From Eledone cirrhosa (lineage: Eukaryota), in contig OZ024741.1 of the NCBI GenBank assembly GCA_964016885.1, positions 215,140,001-215,204,000 of the forward strand: a DNA stretch of 64,000 nucleotides, given 5' to 3'. A program made the translations under genes and the position numbers. Position 1 is the first letter of the stretch. Every line of letters begins with the position of its first letter. Below the pieces are notes generated by a model. The model did no database searches. It saw nothing but the letters and a program-made list of their open reading frames with translations, and was not told where the DNA came from. Shown in pieces: positions 41,601-58,907 of this stretch.

Positions 41601-44600
41601 TTGGTCTTAAAATGGTAAGAATTATACTTTGTTTGGTCTCAAAATGGTAAGAATTGGACCTAGTTTGGTCTTTAAATGGTAAGACTTGAACCTAGTTTGT
41701 TCTTTAAATGGTAAGAATTGAACCTAATTTGGTCTTAAAATGGTAAGACTTGAACCTACTTTGGTCTTAAAATGGCAAGAATTGAACCTTGTTTGGTCTT
41801 TAAATGGTAAGACTTGAACCTAGTTTGATCTTAAAATGGTAACAATTGAACCAAGTTTGATCTTTAAATGTTAAGACTTGAACCTAGTTTGATCTTAAAA
41901 TGGTAAGAATTGAACCTAGTTCGATCTTAAAATGGTAAGAATTGAAGAATTGAACCTAGGTTGATCTTTAAATGGTAAGAATTGAACCTAGTTTGATCTT
42001 AAAAGAGAGTTTAGCAACCAGTTTATATTTGAGGATTATTAGGTAGTTCTAATTTATGTGTTGTGCTTTTGTTGTTGTGCTTGTTGTGCCTGTTGTCGTT
42101 GTCCTTGTTGTCGTTGTTGTTGTTGTCACTGTTGGCGGCGGTGGTGGTGGTGGTGATGGTTGTTGTTGCTATTGGTGTTGTTGGTGTGCCTGTTGTTGTT
42201 ATTTGCGGTGGTGGTACTTGTGCTTGTTGTTGCTGTTGTCGTTGTTGCTGTTGTTGTGCTAATTGTTGTTGATGTTGCTGTTGTGCTTGTTGGTAAGAAT
42301 TGAACCTAGTTTGGTCTTAAAATGGGAAGACTTGTACCTAGTTTGGTCATAAAATGGCAAGAATTGAACCTAGTTTGCTCTTAATATGGTAAGAATTGAA
42401 CCTAGTTTGGTCTTAAAATGGTAAGAATTGAACCTAGTTTGGTCTTAAAATGGTAAGAATTGAACCTAGTTTGGTCTTTAAATGGTAAGACTTGAACCTA
42501 GTTTGTTCTTAAAATGGCAAGAATTTGACCTTGTATGGTCTTTAAATGGTAAGAATTGAATCTAGTTTGGTCTTAAAATGATAAGAATTGAACCTAGTTT
42601 GGTCTTAAATGGTAAGAATTGAACCTAGTTTGGTCTTAAAATGGTAAGACTTAAACCTAGTTTGGTCTTAAAATGGTAAGAATTGAACCTAGTTGGGTCT
42701 TAAAATGGTAAGAATTGAACCTAGTTTGGTCTTAAAATGGTAAGAATTGAACATAGTTTGGTCCTAAAATGGTAAGAATTGAACCTAATTTGAAATTAAA
42801 ATGGTAAGCTTTGAACCTAGTTTGGTCTTCAAATGGTAAGACTTGAACCTAGTTTGGTCTTAAAATAGTAAGAATTGAATCTAGTTTGGTCTTAAAATGG
42901 TAAAACTTAAACCTAGTTTGGTCTTAAAATGGTAAGAATTAAACCTAGTTTTGTCTTAAAATCTTACGAATTGAACCTAGTTTGGTCTGGAAATGGTAGC
43001 ACTTAAACCTAGTTTGGTCTTAAAATGGTAAGAATTGAAGCTAGTTTGGTCTTAAAATGGTAAGAATTGAACTTAGTTTGATTTAAAATGGTAAGACTTG
43101 AACCTAGTTTGGTCTTAAAATTTTACGAATTGAACCTAGTTTGGTCTTAAAATGGTAAGACTTAAACCTAGTTTCGTCTTAAAATGGCAAGAATTGAACC
43201 TAGTTTGGTCTTAACATGGTAAGACTTGAACCTAGTTTGGTCTTAAAATGGCAAGAATCGAACCTAATTTGGTCTTTAAATGGTAAGACTTGAACCTAGT
43301 TAGGTCTTTAAATGGTAAGACTTGAACCTAGTTTGGTCTTAAAATTGCAAGAATTGAACCATGTTTGGTCTTTAAATGGTAAGATTTGAATCTAGTTTGG
43401 TCTTAAAATGGTAAGAATTGAACCTAGTTTAGTCTTAAATGGTATGAATTGAACCTAGTTTGGTCTTAAAATGGTAAGACTTAAACCTAGTTTGGTCTTA
43501 AAATGGTAAAATTGAATCTAGTTTGATCTTAAAATGGTAAGACTTGAACCTTGTTTGGTCTTAAAATGGTAAGACTTGTACCTAGTTTGGTTTTAAAATG
43601 GTATGAATTGAACCTAGTTTGCTCTTAAAATGGTAAGAATTGAACCTAGTTAGGACTTAAAATGGTAAGAATTGAACCTAGTTTGATCTTAAAATGGTAA
43701 GAATTGAACCTTGTTTGGTCTTAAAATGGTAAGAATTGAACCTAGTTTGCTCTTTAAATGGTAAGACTTGATCCTAATTCGGTCTTAAAATGTTAAGAAT
43801 TGAACCAATTTTGATCTTTAAATGGTAAGAATTGAACCTAGTTTGATCTTAAAATGGTAAGAATTGAACCTAGTTTGATCTTAAAATGGTAAGAATTGAA
43901 CCTAGTTTGGTCTTAAAAGAGAGTTTAGCAACCAGTTTATATTTGAGGATTATTAGGTAGTTCTAATTTATGTGTTGTGCTTTTGTTGTTGTGCTTGTTG
44001 TGCCTGTTGTCGTTGTCGTTGTTGTCGTTGTTGTTGTTGTCATTGTTGGCGGCGGTGGTGTGGTGGTGGTGGTGGTGGTTGTTGTTGCTATTGGTGTTGT
44101 TGGTGTGCCTGCTGTTGTTATTTGCGGTGGTGGTACTTGTGCTTGTTGTTGCTGTTGTCGTTGTTGTTACTGTTGTTGTCCTAATTGTTGTTGTTGTTGC
44201 TGTTGTGCTTGTTGGTAAGAATTGAACCTAGTTTGGTCTTAAAATGGGAAGATTTGTACCTAGTTTGGTCTTAAAATGGTATGAATTGAACCTAGTTTGC
44301 TCTTAAAATGGTAAGAATTGAACCTAGTTTGGTCTTAAAATGGTAAGAATTGAACCTAGTTTGGTCTTAAAATGGTAAGAATTGAACCTAGTTTGGTCTT
44401 TAAATGGTAAGAAGTGTACCTAGTTTGATCTTAAAATGGTAAGACTTGAACCTAGTTTGATCTTAAAATGGTAAGAATTGAACCTAGTTTGGTCTTAAAA
44501 TGGTAAGTATTGAACCTAGTTTGGTCTTAAAATGGTAAGAAGTGTACCTAGTTTGATCTTAAAATGGTAAGACTTGAACCTAGTTTGATCTTAAAATGGT

Positions 44601-44860
44601 AAGAATTGAACCTAGTTTGGTCTTTAAATGGTAAGACTTGATCCTAATTTGGTCTTAAAATGGTAAGAATTGAACCAAGTTTGATCTTAAAATGGTAAGA
44701 CTTGAATATATTTTGATCTTAAAATGGTAAGAATTGAACCTAGTTTGATCTTAAAATGGTAAGAATTGAACCTAGTTTGGTCTTAAAATGGTAAGAATTG
44801 AAGAATTGCGCCTAGGTTGATCTTTAAATGGTAAGAATTGAACCTAGTTTGATCTTAAAA
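11623..44860. repeat. 32-bp satellite array, consensus AAAATGGTAAGAATTGAACCTAGTTTGGTCTT, roughly 900 monomers
   Basis: 32-bp period measured directly (e.g. 12371 to 12403). Uninterrupted 11851-21711, then punctuated by ~295-bp inserts. Confidence 0.98.
11651..11850. other. Assembly gap (200 N) at the start of the satellite
   Basis: Run of N; satellite sequence on both sides. Confidence 1.
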
Positions 44861-45156
44861 GAGAGTTTAGCAACCAGTTTATATTTGAGGATTATTAGGT
44901 AGTTCTAATTTATTTGTTGTACTTTTGTTGTTGTGCTTGTTGTGCCTGTTGTCGTTGTCGTTGTTGTCGTTGTTGTTGTTGTCATTGTTGACGGCGGTGG
45001 TGGTGGTGGTGGTGGTGGTGGTTGTTGTTGTTATTGGTGTTGTTGGTGTGCCTGTTGTTATCTGCGGTGGTGGTACTTGTGCTTGTTGTTGCTGTTGTCG
45101 TTGTTGTTGCTGTTGTTGTGCTAATTGTTGTTGTTGTTGCTGTTGTGCTTGTTGGT
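21712..45156. repeat. Higher-order unit: ~295-bp insert (51-bp unique leader plus degenerate GTT block), 12 copies
   Basis: Copies start at about 21712, 23769, 26209, 28098, 30088, 32008, 33939, 35864, 37431, 42005, 43919 and 44861; most spacings are 1.9-2.1 kb. Confidence 0.95.
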
Positions 45157-45410
45157 GATGTTGTTGCTGTTGTTGTTGTCCTTGTTGTTGCTGTTGTTGT
45201 TGTGCTCGTTGGTGTTGTTGCTTTTGTTGTGCTTGTTGTTGCTGTTGTTGTACTTGTTGGTGTTGTGATGTTTGTTGTTTGCTGTTGTGTTGTACTTGTT
45301 GCTGTTGTTGTTGCTGTTGTCGTAGTCAGTCTTGTTGCTGCTGTTGCTGTTGCTGTTGATTATGTTGTTGTTGCTGCTGTTGCTGTTTATTATGTTGTTG
45401 TTGTTGCTGC
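44912..45410. repeat. Degenerate (GTT)n tract, full-length version of the captured insert
   Basis: Continues ~250 bp beyond the point where the internal copies return to satellite. Confidence 0.85.
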
Positions 45411-45659
45411 TCTGTCAATATTACTGCTACTACTGCTTCTGCCGCTATTACTTCAGCTTCTAATCAGATTATCTGCATTTATGGTGTCGTTTAGTTTAGA
45501 AATATCTACTCTAGCGTTTCCCCTTTTCTCAATATTTACTTCAGTAATATTAATAATAAGTATAGTAATAGTAATAATAATAACAATAGTAATAATAACA
45601 AAAATGATAATGAAGATGATAATGCTACTGAAAATTACGAAAGCAAAGGCAATTTTATA

Positions 45660-49772
<4,113 letters not shown>

Positions 49773-51052
49773 AAGAGTGAGGTGTGAGGGAGAGAGACAG
49801 AAAATTTAATCCATATTTTAGATTATATAATAGCTAGCTGGTTTATGCTATTCAATTCTCTGAGCAGCCATCTTTCCGGAAAAAATATAAATGTCTGTGT
49901 ATGTAAAATGCAAAGTTTGAAATGGTTTTGTTCTCAGTTATTCCCCTTAGATATGATTTTACTGGACTAACATTGTTTTAAAGATGCGTTAGAGAATAAG
50001 AAAATTCGTTAATCCTCTGGGAAATTACCTCGTGAGGGGGGAATGGCTGGTCAGTGGGTGTCATAGACGTTTCTCCCCAGAAATGGTTACGCCATTTTGT
50101 CCTCGGGCTACTACTAGCCTACACTGCATAGATAGCACTGTAGAGGCTTGCGCAGTCTCCATTTTTTCACTTCTTTCCTTTTCTTTTTCTATTGCGATCA
50201 TTCTATAATTTAATTAAAGTTTAATATTATGTATACATCGTGATGAATATATTTGTGTATATGAGTGACCTATACTATTACCTCGTCTTGTGTGATTTGT
50301 TTTATACTTCGTGGTAATGGGATGGCTTAAGGTCCAGCTAAGTGTCTTGAAGTTTCATTCATTCGTTTCTTGAGGTTATTGTTGTTGTTTTATTATCTAC
50401 TATACTAGACCCTGGTGTGTTGTGTGTGTCTGTGGGGGACGATCTAAGAGCGCCTATAAATGATCTTTGCTAAGCCATCAGGCGTTTTAGAAGAGCTCAC
50501 TAAATCTTTTACTTTTAGAATGGCTTACAATTATGTTATAGTTATTCTCATTGCACGCTTAACATCAAGTATATCTTGTGCCTAACGTTTTCTATCTCCT
50601 TGTGCGAGAGGTTCTCCAATTTGCGAAGATAGGTTTTTCTACATGTGGACACATGTTTATTAAGTCTTGTTTAATACATAATGTAAGAATCTGCCTAATT
50701 TAGGTAAACCTTCAACCAGTGGTAGACATACGAATTAACAGATTTGCTTTCAGGAAGATCTATTCATAGCGAGGGTATTAGGGAAATATTTCTATTGGAA
50801 ATCAGTTTAAAATGTGCTGATAAATAGCATAAACGAAACCGAAAATAGTTGGGAGAAAATAAAGATTCAGCAAGTCTACAATTACTTATATACTTAAAGA
50901 AACGACATAACCTTATCAGAATAAACTGTGTAGTACGCTATTAATTATTTAATATACGTATGTGATTATGGGTCTTTTTGTATATATATATGTTAAGTAT
51001 TTCCGTGGAAAAGATAAAGGAAAGAAGAGTGCTCTATGTATAGTACAGAGCT

Positions 51053-51378
51053 ATTTAATTACATAATAAACAACAGAATATAATTATTCCATTACCCAAG
51101 GTTTCACGAAGCCAGACGATTCCAACAGAAACGTCTGATATCCTTCATCAGAAGGAATTTTTATTTGTGTGTGAATATATGCGTAGTATGTGTCTGTGTG
51201 CGAGTGTTTTAGTTGCGTTGGATGTGGCTATATGGGTATACTTTGTATGATCCAAATAAAGATTTATTCTGATGGGCGATACGATATCAGAGGTTTCTAT
51301 TGGTTGGAATCGTCTGGCTTCGCGAAACCTTGAATAAAGGAATAATTATATTGTATTGTTTATTACATGATTAAATTT
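51053..51378. mobile_element. Older fold-back element with ~115-125-bp diverged inverted arms, each HHR-derived
   Basis: Minus strand ~51086-51158: ATTCCTT-CTGATGA-..CAGACGtTTC(tgttg)GAAtCGTCTG..-GAAA-CCTTGGG-TA-ATGGAAT. The plus arm is degenerate. Confidence 0.7.
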
Positions 51379-51400
51379 ATATATATATATATATATATAT

Positions 51401-52020
51401 AGAGGTTATACCGGGTTGAATCGGAGGTAACCACAGTAAGTAATGTACTCAATACATAGCAGAGTATAAAAGTTTTAATATAGATGAGATTCTACAGGAC
51501 TAGAACTGTTTCATTCTTTAGAAATCATCAGGAATCTGGGTATCAAAAAATAAATATGGTATTTATAGGTCTCTTCAGGTGGTAGGAGAGGGTAGGGAGT
51601 GGGGTGGGTAGAGGTCATTGGTTGATAGAAAAGGGAATTCATTAAAAGCTAATTCTTTAAAGCTATAATTTATATTTAGAGTAACAAATGCAGAAAGAAT
51701 TCTATAAACAAGTTCAGTATGGGTGCAACTCCTTATTTTTAAGTTTCTCTTAAGCTAACAATGCCTATATTTCAGGTGTCTATAAGATCGTTAGTGGTCA
51801 GTCATGGTTGATGGATTTAAAGAAAAGGGAAATTCTTTAAAAGCTAATCCTTTAAGGTTCTATTTAGTGACAGAGGCCTAGAGAATTCTATAGACCAGTT
51901 CAAAATATTGAGTGCATATCATACGATTATCTTCAAATTTTTCTTAAACTATATTCCAAAAGTCAACAGACATGTTCACAAACACACTCACACTCGCGCG
52001 CACCCACCCACACACACATA
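51401..52020 (-). mobile_element. Family B PLE-type 3' UTR/pLTR with HHR; inverted copy at 61020-61572
   Basis: About 540 bp near-identical to the reverse complement of 61020-61572. Confidence 0.85.
51487..51537 (-). ncRNA. Complete type I hammerhead (family B)
   Basis: AGATTC-CTGATGA-tTTC(taaa)GAAt-GAAA-CAG(ttctagtc)CTG-TA-GAATCT. Confidence 0.85.
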
Positions 52021-52658
52021 TATATATATAAATATATATACACACACACATATATATATATATACACATATATATATATATACACATATATATATATATA
52101 CACATATATATATATACATACATACACACACTTATATATAAATATATATATACACATATATATATACATATATATACACACATATATATATATATATACA
52201 CATATATATATACATACATACACACACATATATATATATATATATATACATAGACACACTTCCTCGCACTTCCACTCACTCACTCTCTGCTTCTCCCCTT
52301 CTCACTTCCTCACGTTTGGCCTGTAGTGGGGTCTTTTCCTGCTCACACCTCACTCGAGCGGACGGTCTGTTGTCTCTCGCTCATGAAATCCACACAGCTA
52401 AAGCTGATCGGACTCCCATGTGCTTGTTTTTTCCTATCATTGCGTTGCTATCCTTCTATGTTTGTTTACTTGTCTCGCTCGCTTCACGCGATTTACTTGT
52501 CCCAATAGCTTTATTTAGCTATTGCTCGCACCAACTGCAGGTATATTATTTTTAAAGCGATGAAATACCAATGAAGGTTGGAAAATCACTGATGAAGGAC
52601 TATTTTTATCATATGTAACCCATGTGCAACCACGCAGTATTCTTTCTTCTCATGATTT

Positions 52659-52794
<136 letters not shown>

Positions 52795-54315
52795 AAGAAT
52801 CAAAGAACTGTTCAAAACATTATTGTGCTTACAGCTGTTTCCTCCAAACCGAGGTTTGGATTCTTCGGAGCAATTTATTAATGCATGGACAGTTATATGA
52901 CCTCCCCTTCAGCCGAGAGACATACCAATACATATTCAAACATTGATACATATTCGAACATTGTGGGTCAACATTCATTACAGAATTTAGAGTGGCAGTA
53001 CACACTTCGAGATTACATTTATATTAATAGGTACAATCAAAAATCAAAGATATAGGTTAAAGTACAACATGAAGATAAGTGGTTATATAGTGCAAATGTT
53101 ATATGTGTGGCACGCATGTGCGTCTTGTTTATATAGTGTGGCAGAGAGATATGTGTGGTAGAGGCACTTAGGTAGGTAAATAAGAGTGTTAGGTTGGTAG
53201 ATCTGGTGGCAAAGTCTTTATATGATTGATATAGTCTGTGTGTGGAGAAATATTATAAGCATTAAAGATAGTGCAAGCATTAAAAGTGTTATAAGTATTG
53301 GAGATGCACAGCGCAGGGATGTCAAGTAATTCATGTACTTCGGCATTTTCATGGTCAAGGGAGTGTATATTTCGATTATATGCCTTTCACATAATCCACG
53401 ACAATCCAGTTAGAGATCGTAGTCTGGTGTTCTTTAGTTCGATACAGGAGGTTGTTACGTTTCGAGAAACGCCATTGAATACCGGAAGTGTGTGTGTGGC
53501 TAAGGGGAGTTTATGCATGCGGGGAGGTAACTCTGGGGTTTCTATATCTAGCCATTAAAATGTGTCCCAATATAGACCCTAAATTCTATGGTGAGGTGCA
53601 CCTTCCAAGAGAGACTTTTAAAGCATAAAGTGTACTAACTATAGAGTAGTTTAACTAAATTATGCTGAAGGTGATCATATTATTATTAAGGTGGATTAAC
53701 CCATCTTAAGGTGCTACAAATGGAAATTATAGATGATGAGCGAGGATTCTAAATTAATGATCTCTGTGGTTGTAGTCTGCTCATATGACCAGGCGCGGTG
53801 ATTGCAGGATTGCTTCAGGACCCAATGATCTCTGGTAAGATCTGGGTCATCGCTTGCTACATTGGATGTCGAAAGATAATCGTCCCCAGGCAGGCCAAAG
53901 GTCAATCCGCAGTCCTCGCGACCCCTCTCTGACCGTCAGATCATCCATATACGTACAACCCGCACGGCAGTTGCATTGCATTCACTCACTGCGCTCAGCA
54001 GCCCGGTCCTACTGGTCAACAGCGCTACTCGATTAAATCATTTTACATCTGTCTAAGGAAGGTGTTTCCTCTGTCCAACACCATCCAACCGATCAATTCA
54101 TGCTCAAATTACCCTTAGAGCGGTGTAGTGCCGTCCAAGTGGGTGGATGTTGTCACACCTGCCGTAGAGGTATAAATGGGTATTTTCCCTGCGAAGGGTT
54201 CCAGAGGGATGTCGTTGTTTGTGTTATAATGGGTCAGCTAGTGTTGGGTATGTAGTATAGGGTGTGTCTCTGGTGTTTGATGCTAGATGTGGTGTTAGGT
54301 TCCAGTCCGACATTG

Positions 54316-55019
54316 CTATATATAGGGCTTAAAGTTTTGGAAGGAATGTCTGAGGCGGTGCTGGCAAGTTGCAAACACCTCAGATTTTTTGTTAAGTAGG
54401 TTACGGTTGGAGAAGATAATATTGTGTGTCTCTAGTATACAGAGGTTACAGAATTTATTAGGTGGTTTGTACGAGGTCGCGCTGCCTATCACTTCCCATT
54501 TGAGTGTGTATGGTTTATTTTTAGATTTTAGATAGTGTATGTAGCTAGAAAGTGAGGTGGAATTGGCTAGGCTGTGCTTTTTGAACGAGTGGATGTGCGA
54601 GTTATATCTGATTTTGAAGCAGTTAGAAGTGGAGCCTACATAGGTTTCTGAAGAGTTATTAGTCGTGACTGTGCATGAGTATATGACATCCTTGGTTAGG
54701 CATTTTTTATCTAAAGGGCAGGTTCTATTAGCTCTACAGTTACAATTATTCTGTGCGTTAGTCCGCTGGTTATAATGCAATGCGGAAGTCTGTGTGGTGG
54801 ATATAGGATTTTGGGTGTTCGGGTTGACAACCCTGGTGTTATTACTTATACTAGTGTTATTTCTATTGTTACTGCCGTTGCTATTGTTGCTTGCTACAGT
54901 GGTATTTAGAGGGTTTGCATCCCGTTGTGATTTTGTTTGTTGGAAGTAAGAACTAATTTTACTATTATTGCTGCTAGCTATGTGGTATGCTAAGTTAGGC
55001 GTCGTAGAGTATGAGATTT
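54316..55019 (-). pseudogene. C-terminal part of PLE ORF: linker, CxCx5C motif and GIY-YIG endonuclease (open frame, 5'-truncated)
   Basis: KISYS..CNCRANRTCPLDKKCLTKDVIYSC..TYVGST..FKIRYNSH..STSLSSYI..KWEVI..CNLCILE..LLNKKSE..CQHR. The first ~42 aa of the tracked ORF come from the inverted arm. Confidence 0.92.
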
Positions 55020-56373
55020 TAACACAAACAACGACATCCCTCTGGAACCCTTCGCAGGGAAAATACCCATTTATACCTCTACGGCAGGTGTGACAACATC
55101 CACCCACTTGGACGGCACTACACCGCTCTAAGGGTAATTTGAGCATGAATTGATCGGTTGGATGGTGTTGGACAGAGGAAACACCTTCCTTAGACAGATG
55201 TAAAATGATTTAATCGAGTAGCGCTGTTGACCAGTAGGACCGGGCTGCTGAGCGCAGTGAGTGAATGCAATGCAACTGCCGTGCGGGTTGTACGTATATG
55301 GATGATCTGACGGTCAGAGAGGGGTCGCGAGGACTGCGGATTGACCTTTGGCCTGCCTGGGGACGATTATCTTTCGACATCCAATGTAGCAAGCGATGAC
55401 CCAGATCTTACCAGAGATCATTGGGTCCTGAAGCAATCCTGCAATCACCGCGCCTGGTCATATGAGCAGACTACAACCACAGAGATCATTAATTTAGAAT
55501 CCTCGCTCATCATCTATAATTTCCATTTGTAGCACCTTAAGATGGGTTAATCCACCTTAATAATAATATGATCACCTTCAGCATAATTTAGTTAAACTAC
55601 TCTATAGTTAGTACACTTTATGCTTTAAAAGTCTCTCTTGGAAGGTGCACCTCACCATAGAATTTAGGGTCTATATTGGGACACATTTTAATGGCTAGAT
55701 ATAGAAACCCCAGAGTTACCTCCCCGCATGCATAAACTCCCCTTAGCCACACACACACTTCCGGTATTCAATGGCGTTTCTCGAAACGTAACAACCTCCT
55801 GTATCGAACTAAAGAACACCAGACTACGATCTCTAACTGGATTGTCGTGGATTATGTGAAAGGCATATAATCGAAATATACACTCCCTTGACCATGAAAA
55901 TGCCGAAGTACATGAATTACTTGACATCCCTGCGCTGTGCATCTCCAATACTTATAACACTTTTAATGCTTGCACTATCTTTAATGCTTATAATATTTCT
56001 CCACACACAGACTATATCAATCATATAAAGACTTTGCCACCAGATCTACCAACCTAACACTCTTATTTACCTACCTAAGTGCCTCTACCACACATATCTC
56101 TCTGCCACACTATATAAACAAGACGCACATGCGTGCCACACATATAACATTTGCACTATATAACCACTTATCTTCATGTTGTACTTTAACCTATATCTTT
56201 GATTTTTGATTGTACCTATTAATATAAATGTAATCTCGAAGTGTGTACTGCCACTCTAAATTCTGTAATGAATGTTGACCCACAATGTTCGAATATGTAT
56301 CAATGTTTGAATATGTATTGGTATGTCTCTCGGCTGAAGGGGAGGTCATATAACTGTCCATGCATTAATAAAT

Positions 56374-56420
56374 TGCTCCGAAGAATCCAAACCTCGGTTT
56401 GGAGGAAACAGCTGTAAGCA
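56374..56420 (+). ncRNA. Minimal hammerhead with CCGAAGA (U4C) core; mirror copy at 52826-52872 on minus strand
   Basis: TGCT-CCGAAGA-aTCCAAACC(tc)GGTTTGGAg-GAAA-CAGCTG-TA-AGCA. Confidence 0.8.
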
Positions 56421-56621
56421 CAATAATGTTTTGAACAGTTCTTTGATTCTTATATTTCATATAACTGCTCTGTAAATCATCTGATGTTTTTACATTGAGC
56501 TACTTAACTTACTGGTAATAAGGTAGTAATACATTACTGCCTACCACTATTTAGGGTGTGTGTAAAATACTTACAGCTGCTTAAGGTTTTGTGTTTACAT
56601 AACCATAAATAGTATAACTAA

Positions 56622-56770
<149 letters not shown>

Positions 56771-56790
56771 TAATATATATATATATATAT

Positions 56791-57213
56791 AAAAACCCAC
56801 AACCAAGTATCAAAAAATGTGGTCGCTCTAATTGTGGAACCTGCACTCACCTTATTGAAGGCAACACGTATACATTTAAATCAGGACAAAATTTTACTGT
56901 AAAAAATCACTTCACTTGCTCATCAAAAAATCTAATTTATGCCATTAAATGTAAAGGATGCAATGAAGATTATATAGGACAAACTAAACTCACACTCAGA
57001 AACAGAATGACAGTTCATCGCCAACAATTACGAGATCCAACCACGAGACAGATACCACTAAGTGCACATCTAGACATTTGCGCAAGTAATAAGACACCCA
57101 AATTCCAAGTCTTCCCATTTTACCTTTGCGCTAACAATACAACAGAACAAATGCGAATAAATAAGGAAAATATGTTTATTCAAAAATATAGACCAACATT
57201 AAATAAGGTTTAA
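56791..57213 (+). pseudogene. 5'-truncated Neptune-type PLE GIY-YIG endonuclease (open frame, no start codon)
   Basis: [70 protein letters not shown]; begins directly at (TA)n. Confidence 0.88.
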
Positions 57214-57419
57214 TATACATTATGTCAAAACCACAATATGACATACACACACACACATAACACCTTCTACTTTAGAAAATAAAAACCCGAACTAAATAAA
57301 CCTTAACATACGTTTGCACTGGCAATACAACAGCAAACACGAAAAAGTAAGGAAAATATGTTCATTCAAAAATATTCCTACTAAAGGAATCACTTTCCTA
57401 CACACACATACACACACAC

Positions 57420-57481
<62 letters not shown>

Positions 57482-57519
57482 ATTAAATAAATGGAAAACT
57501 ATATTTATAAAACCATATT

Positions 57520-57585
57520 TATTTCATTATATATATTTCGGGGATATCATATTAACAATATGCTATGCCTTCATCAGACAAAATA
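57520..57585 (-). ncRNA. Minimal type I hammerhead, same family as 2079-2139
   Basis: TATTTTGT-CTGATGA-aGGcATAgCATATT(gtt)AATATGaTATcCCc-GAAA-TATATA-TA-ATGAAATA. Confidence 0.75.
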
Positions 57586-57658
57586 CAATATAAACAGTTT
57601 TATAGATAAATATATTCGACATACCGTAATAAACATCAACTTCATTTGAAGAGGTTTA

Positions 57659-57736
<78 letters not shown>

Positions 57737-58709
57737 TCTTCATCTTAACATGCTAACCATACTCCCACACACATAACACCCATACACACACATAACAACC
57801 CCCACACCTACAACTCCCTCCCCATTTCTACTAATAGAACCACTTTCCTACACACATATATATATACACACACACAAAATATATATTCTCTCCATCTTAA
57901 CATACTCGCACACACACACATAACACCCATATACACACACACACAACTCCCTCCCCCATCTCTACTAATAGAATCATCTTCCAATACACACATATACACA
58001 CACACACAGACACACACACAAGCACACAAATAAACATACATATCTTCAGTCTCAATAGAAAATCTGAACTCTGACACCCCGGCGAACTGGCCATATTCAC
58101 TGAACCAGAACATTTCTCCCAATCCCTTTTCTCTTGACCACTATCTCTCCATTGTCATAACATTCACTATAAAGACTACAGAATAGTTTTCCAAATAAGG
58201 GCGCAAAAATGTAATAAAAACTTGTTCACGTGACAGCCAAATTTCATTTATAACCAACCAAAAAAAAAGCCTTCGTGAGCCTCCTTTTTTCAAGTAAAAA
58301 GAAATTCAAACACTCATATATGAAAAAACAACCTGTGACAACCCCCCACCCCCTCTCTTATTTGAAGAACTATTGTAACGCGAACTGGCGCGAAATTTAT
58401 TATAATTATTGACAAACCAATCAAATTACTTCTCGAAAAACCTGGAATTTCGAGCCACTTTTTCCATATAAAACAAGTAACATTCAGAGACCAACCAGAT
58501 GTGAGAAAAACCACAGACCCTCCATCTCAACTCACCTTTTGAAAAGCAGAAGAACTGCGAAACCGGTAAAGGAACCAAATAAATATATATATTTAAAAAA
58601 AAAATAAGACTCCAGTTGCATTTTCGATTTCATCTCTTTTTCTTTATACTTTCACTCGTGTAGGAGACCTCGGTTATTTTTCATTTTGTAAAAAAAACCT
58701 CACTTTCTA

Positions 58710-58740
<31 letters not shown>

Positions 58741-58907
58741 TACACACACATATGCACATATATATATATATATATATATACACATACACACACATATACA
58801 TACATATACATACATACACACATACATATATATATATGTATGTGTGTATGTATGTATATGTGTGTGTATGTGTATATATTTATATATACACATACACACA
58901 CATATAA

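Noticed and set aside
11851-44860. CRISPR-like appearance (32-bp repeats)
   Set aside because: Monomers are contiguous with no unique spacers, the inserts are near-identical to each other, there are no cas genes, and the context is eukaryotic.
52583-52640. CTGATGA as a hammerhead core
   Set aside because: No downstream GAAA or closing stems.
56268-56312. ATGA...AA...GA motif upstream of the HHR as a possible SECIS (ATGAATGT also at ~59617)
   Set aside because: Helix II pairing is poor and not reproduced in the second copy; the visible ORF has no UGA codons.
58080-58560. Possible decayed retroelement coding fragment
   Set aside because: No motif I can recognise with confidence; needs a translated search.
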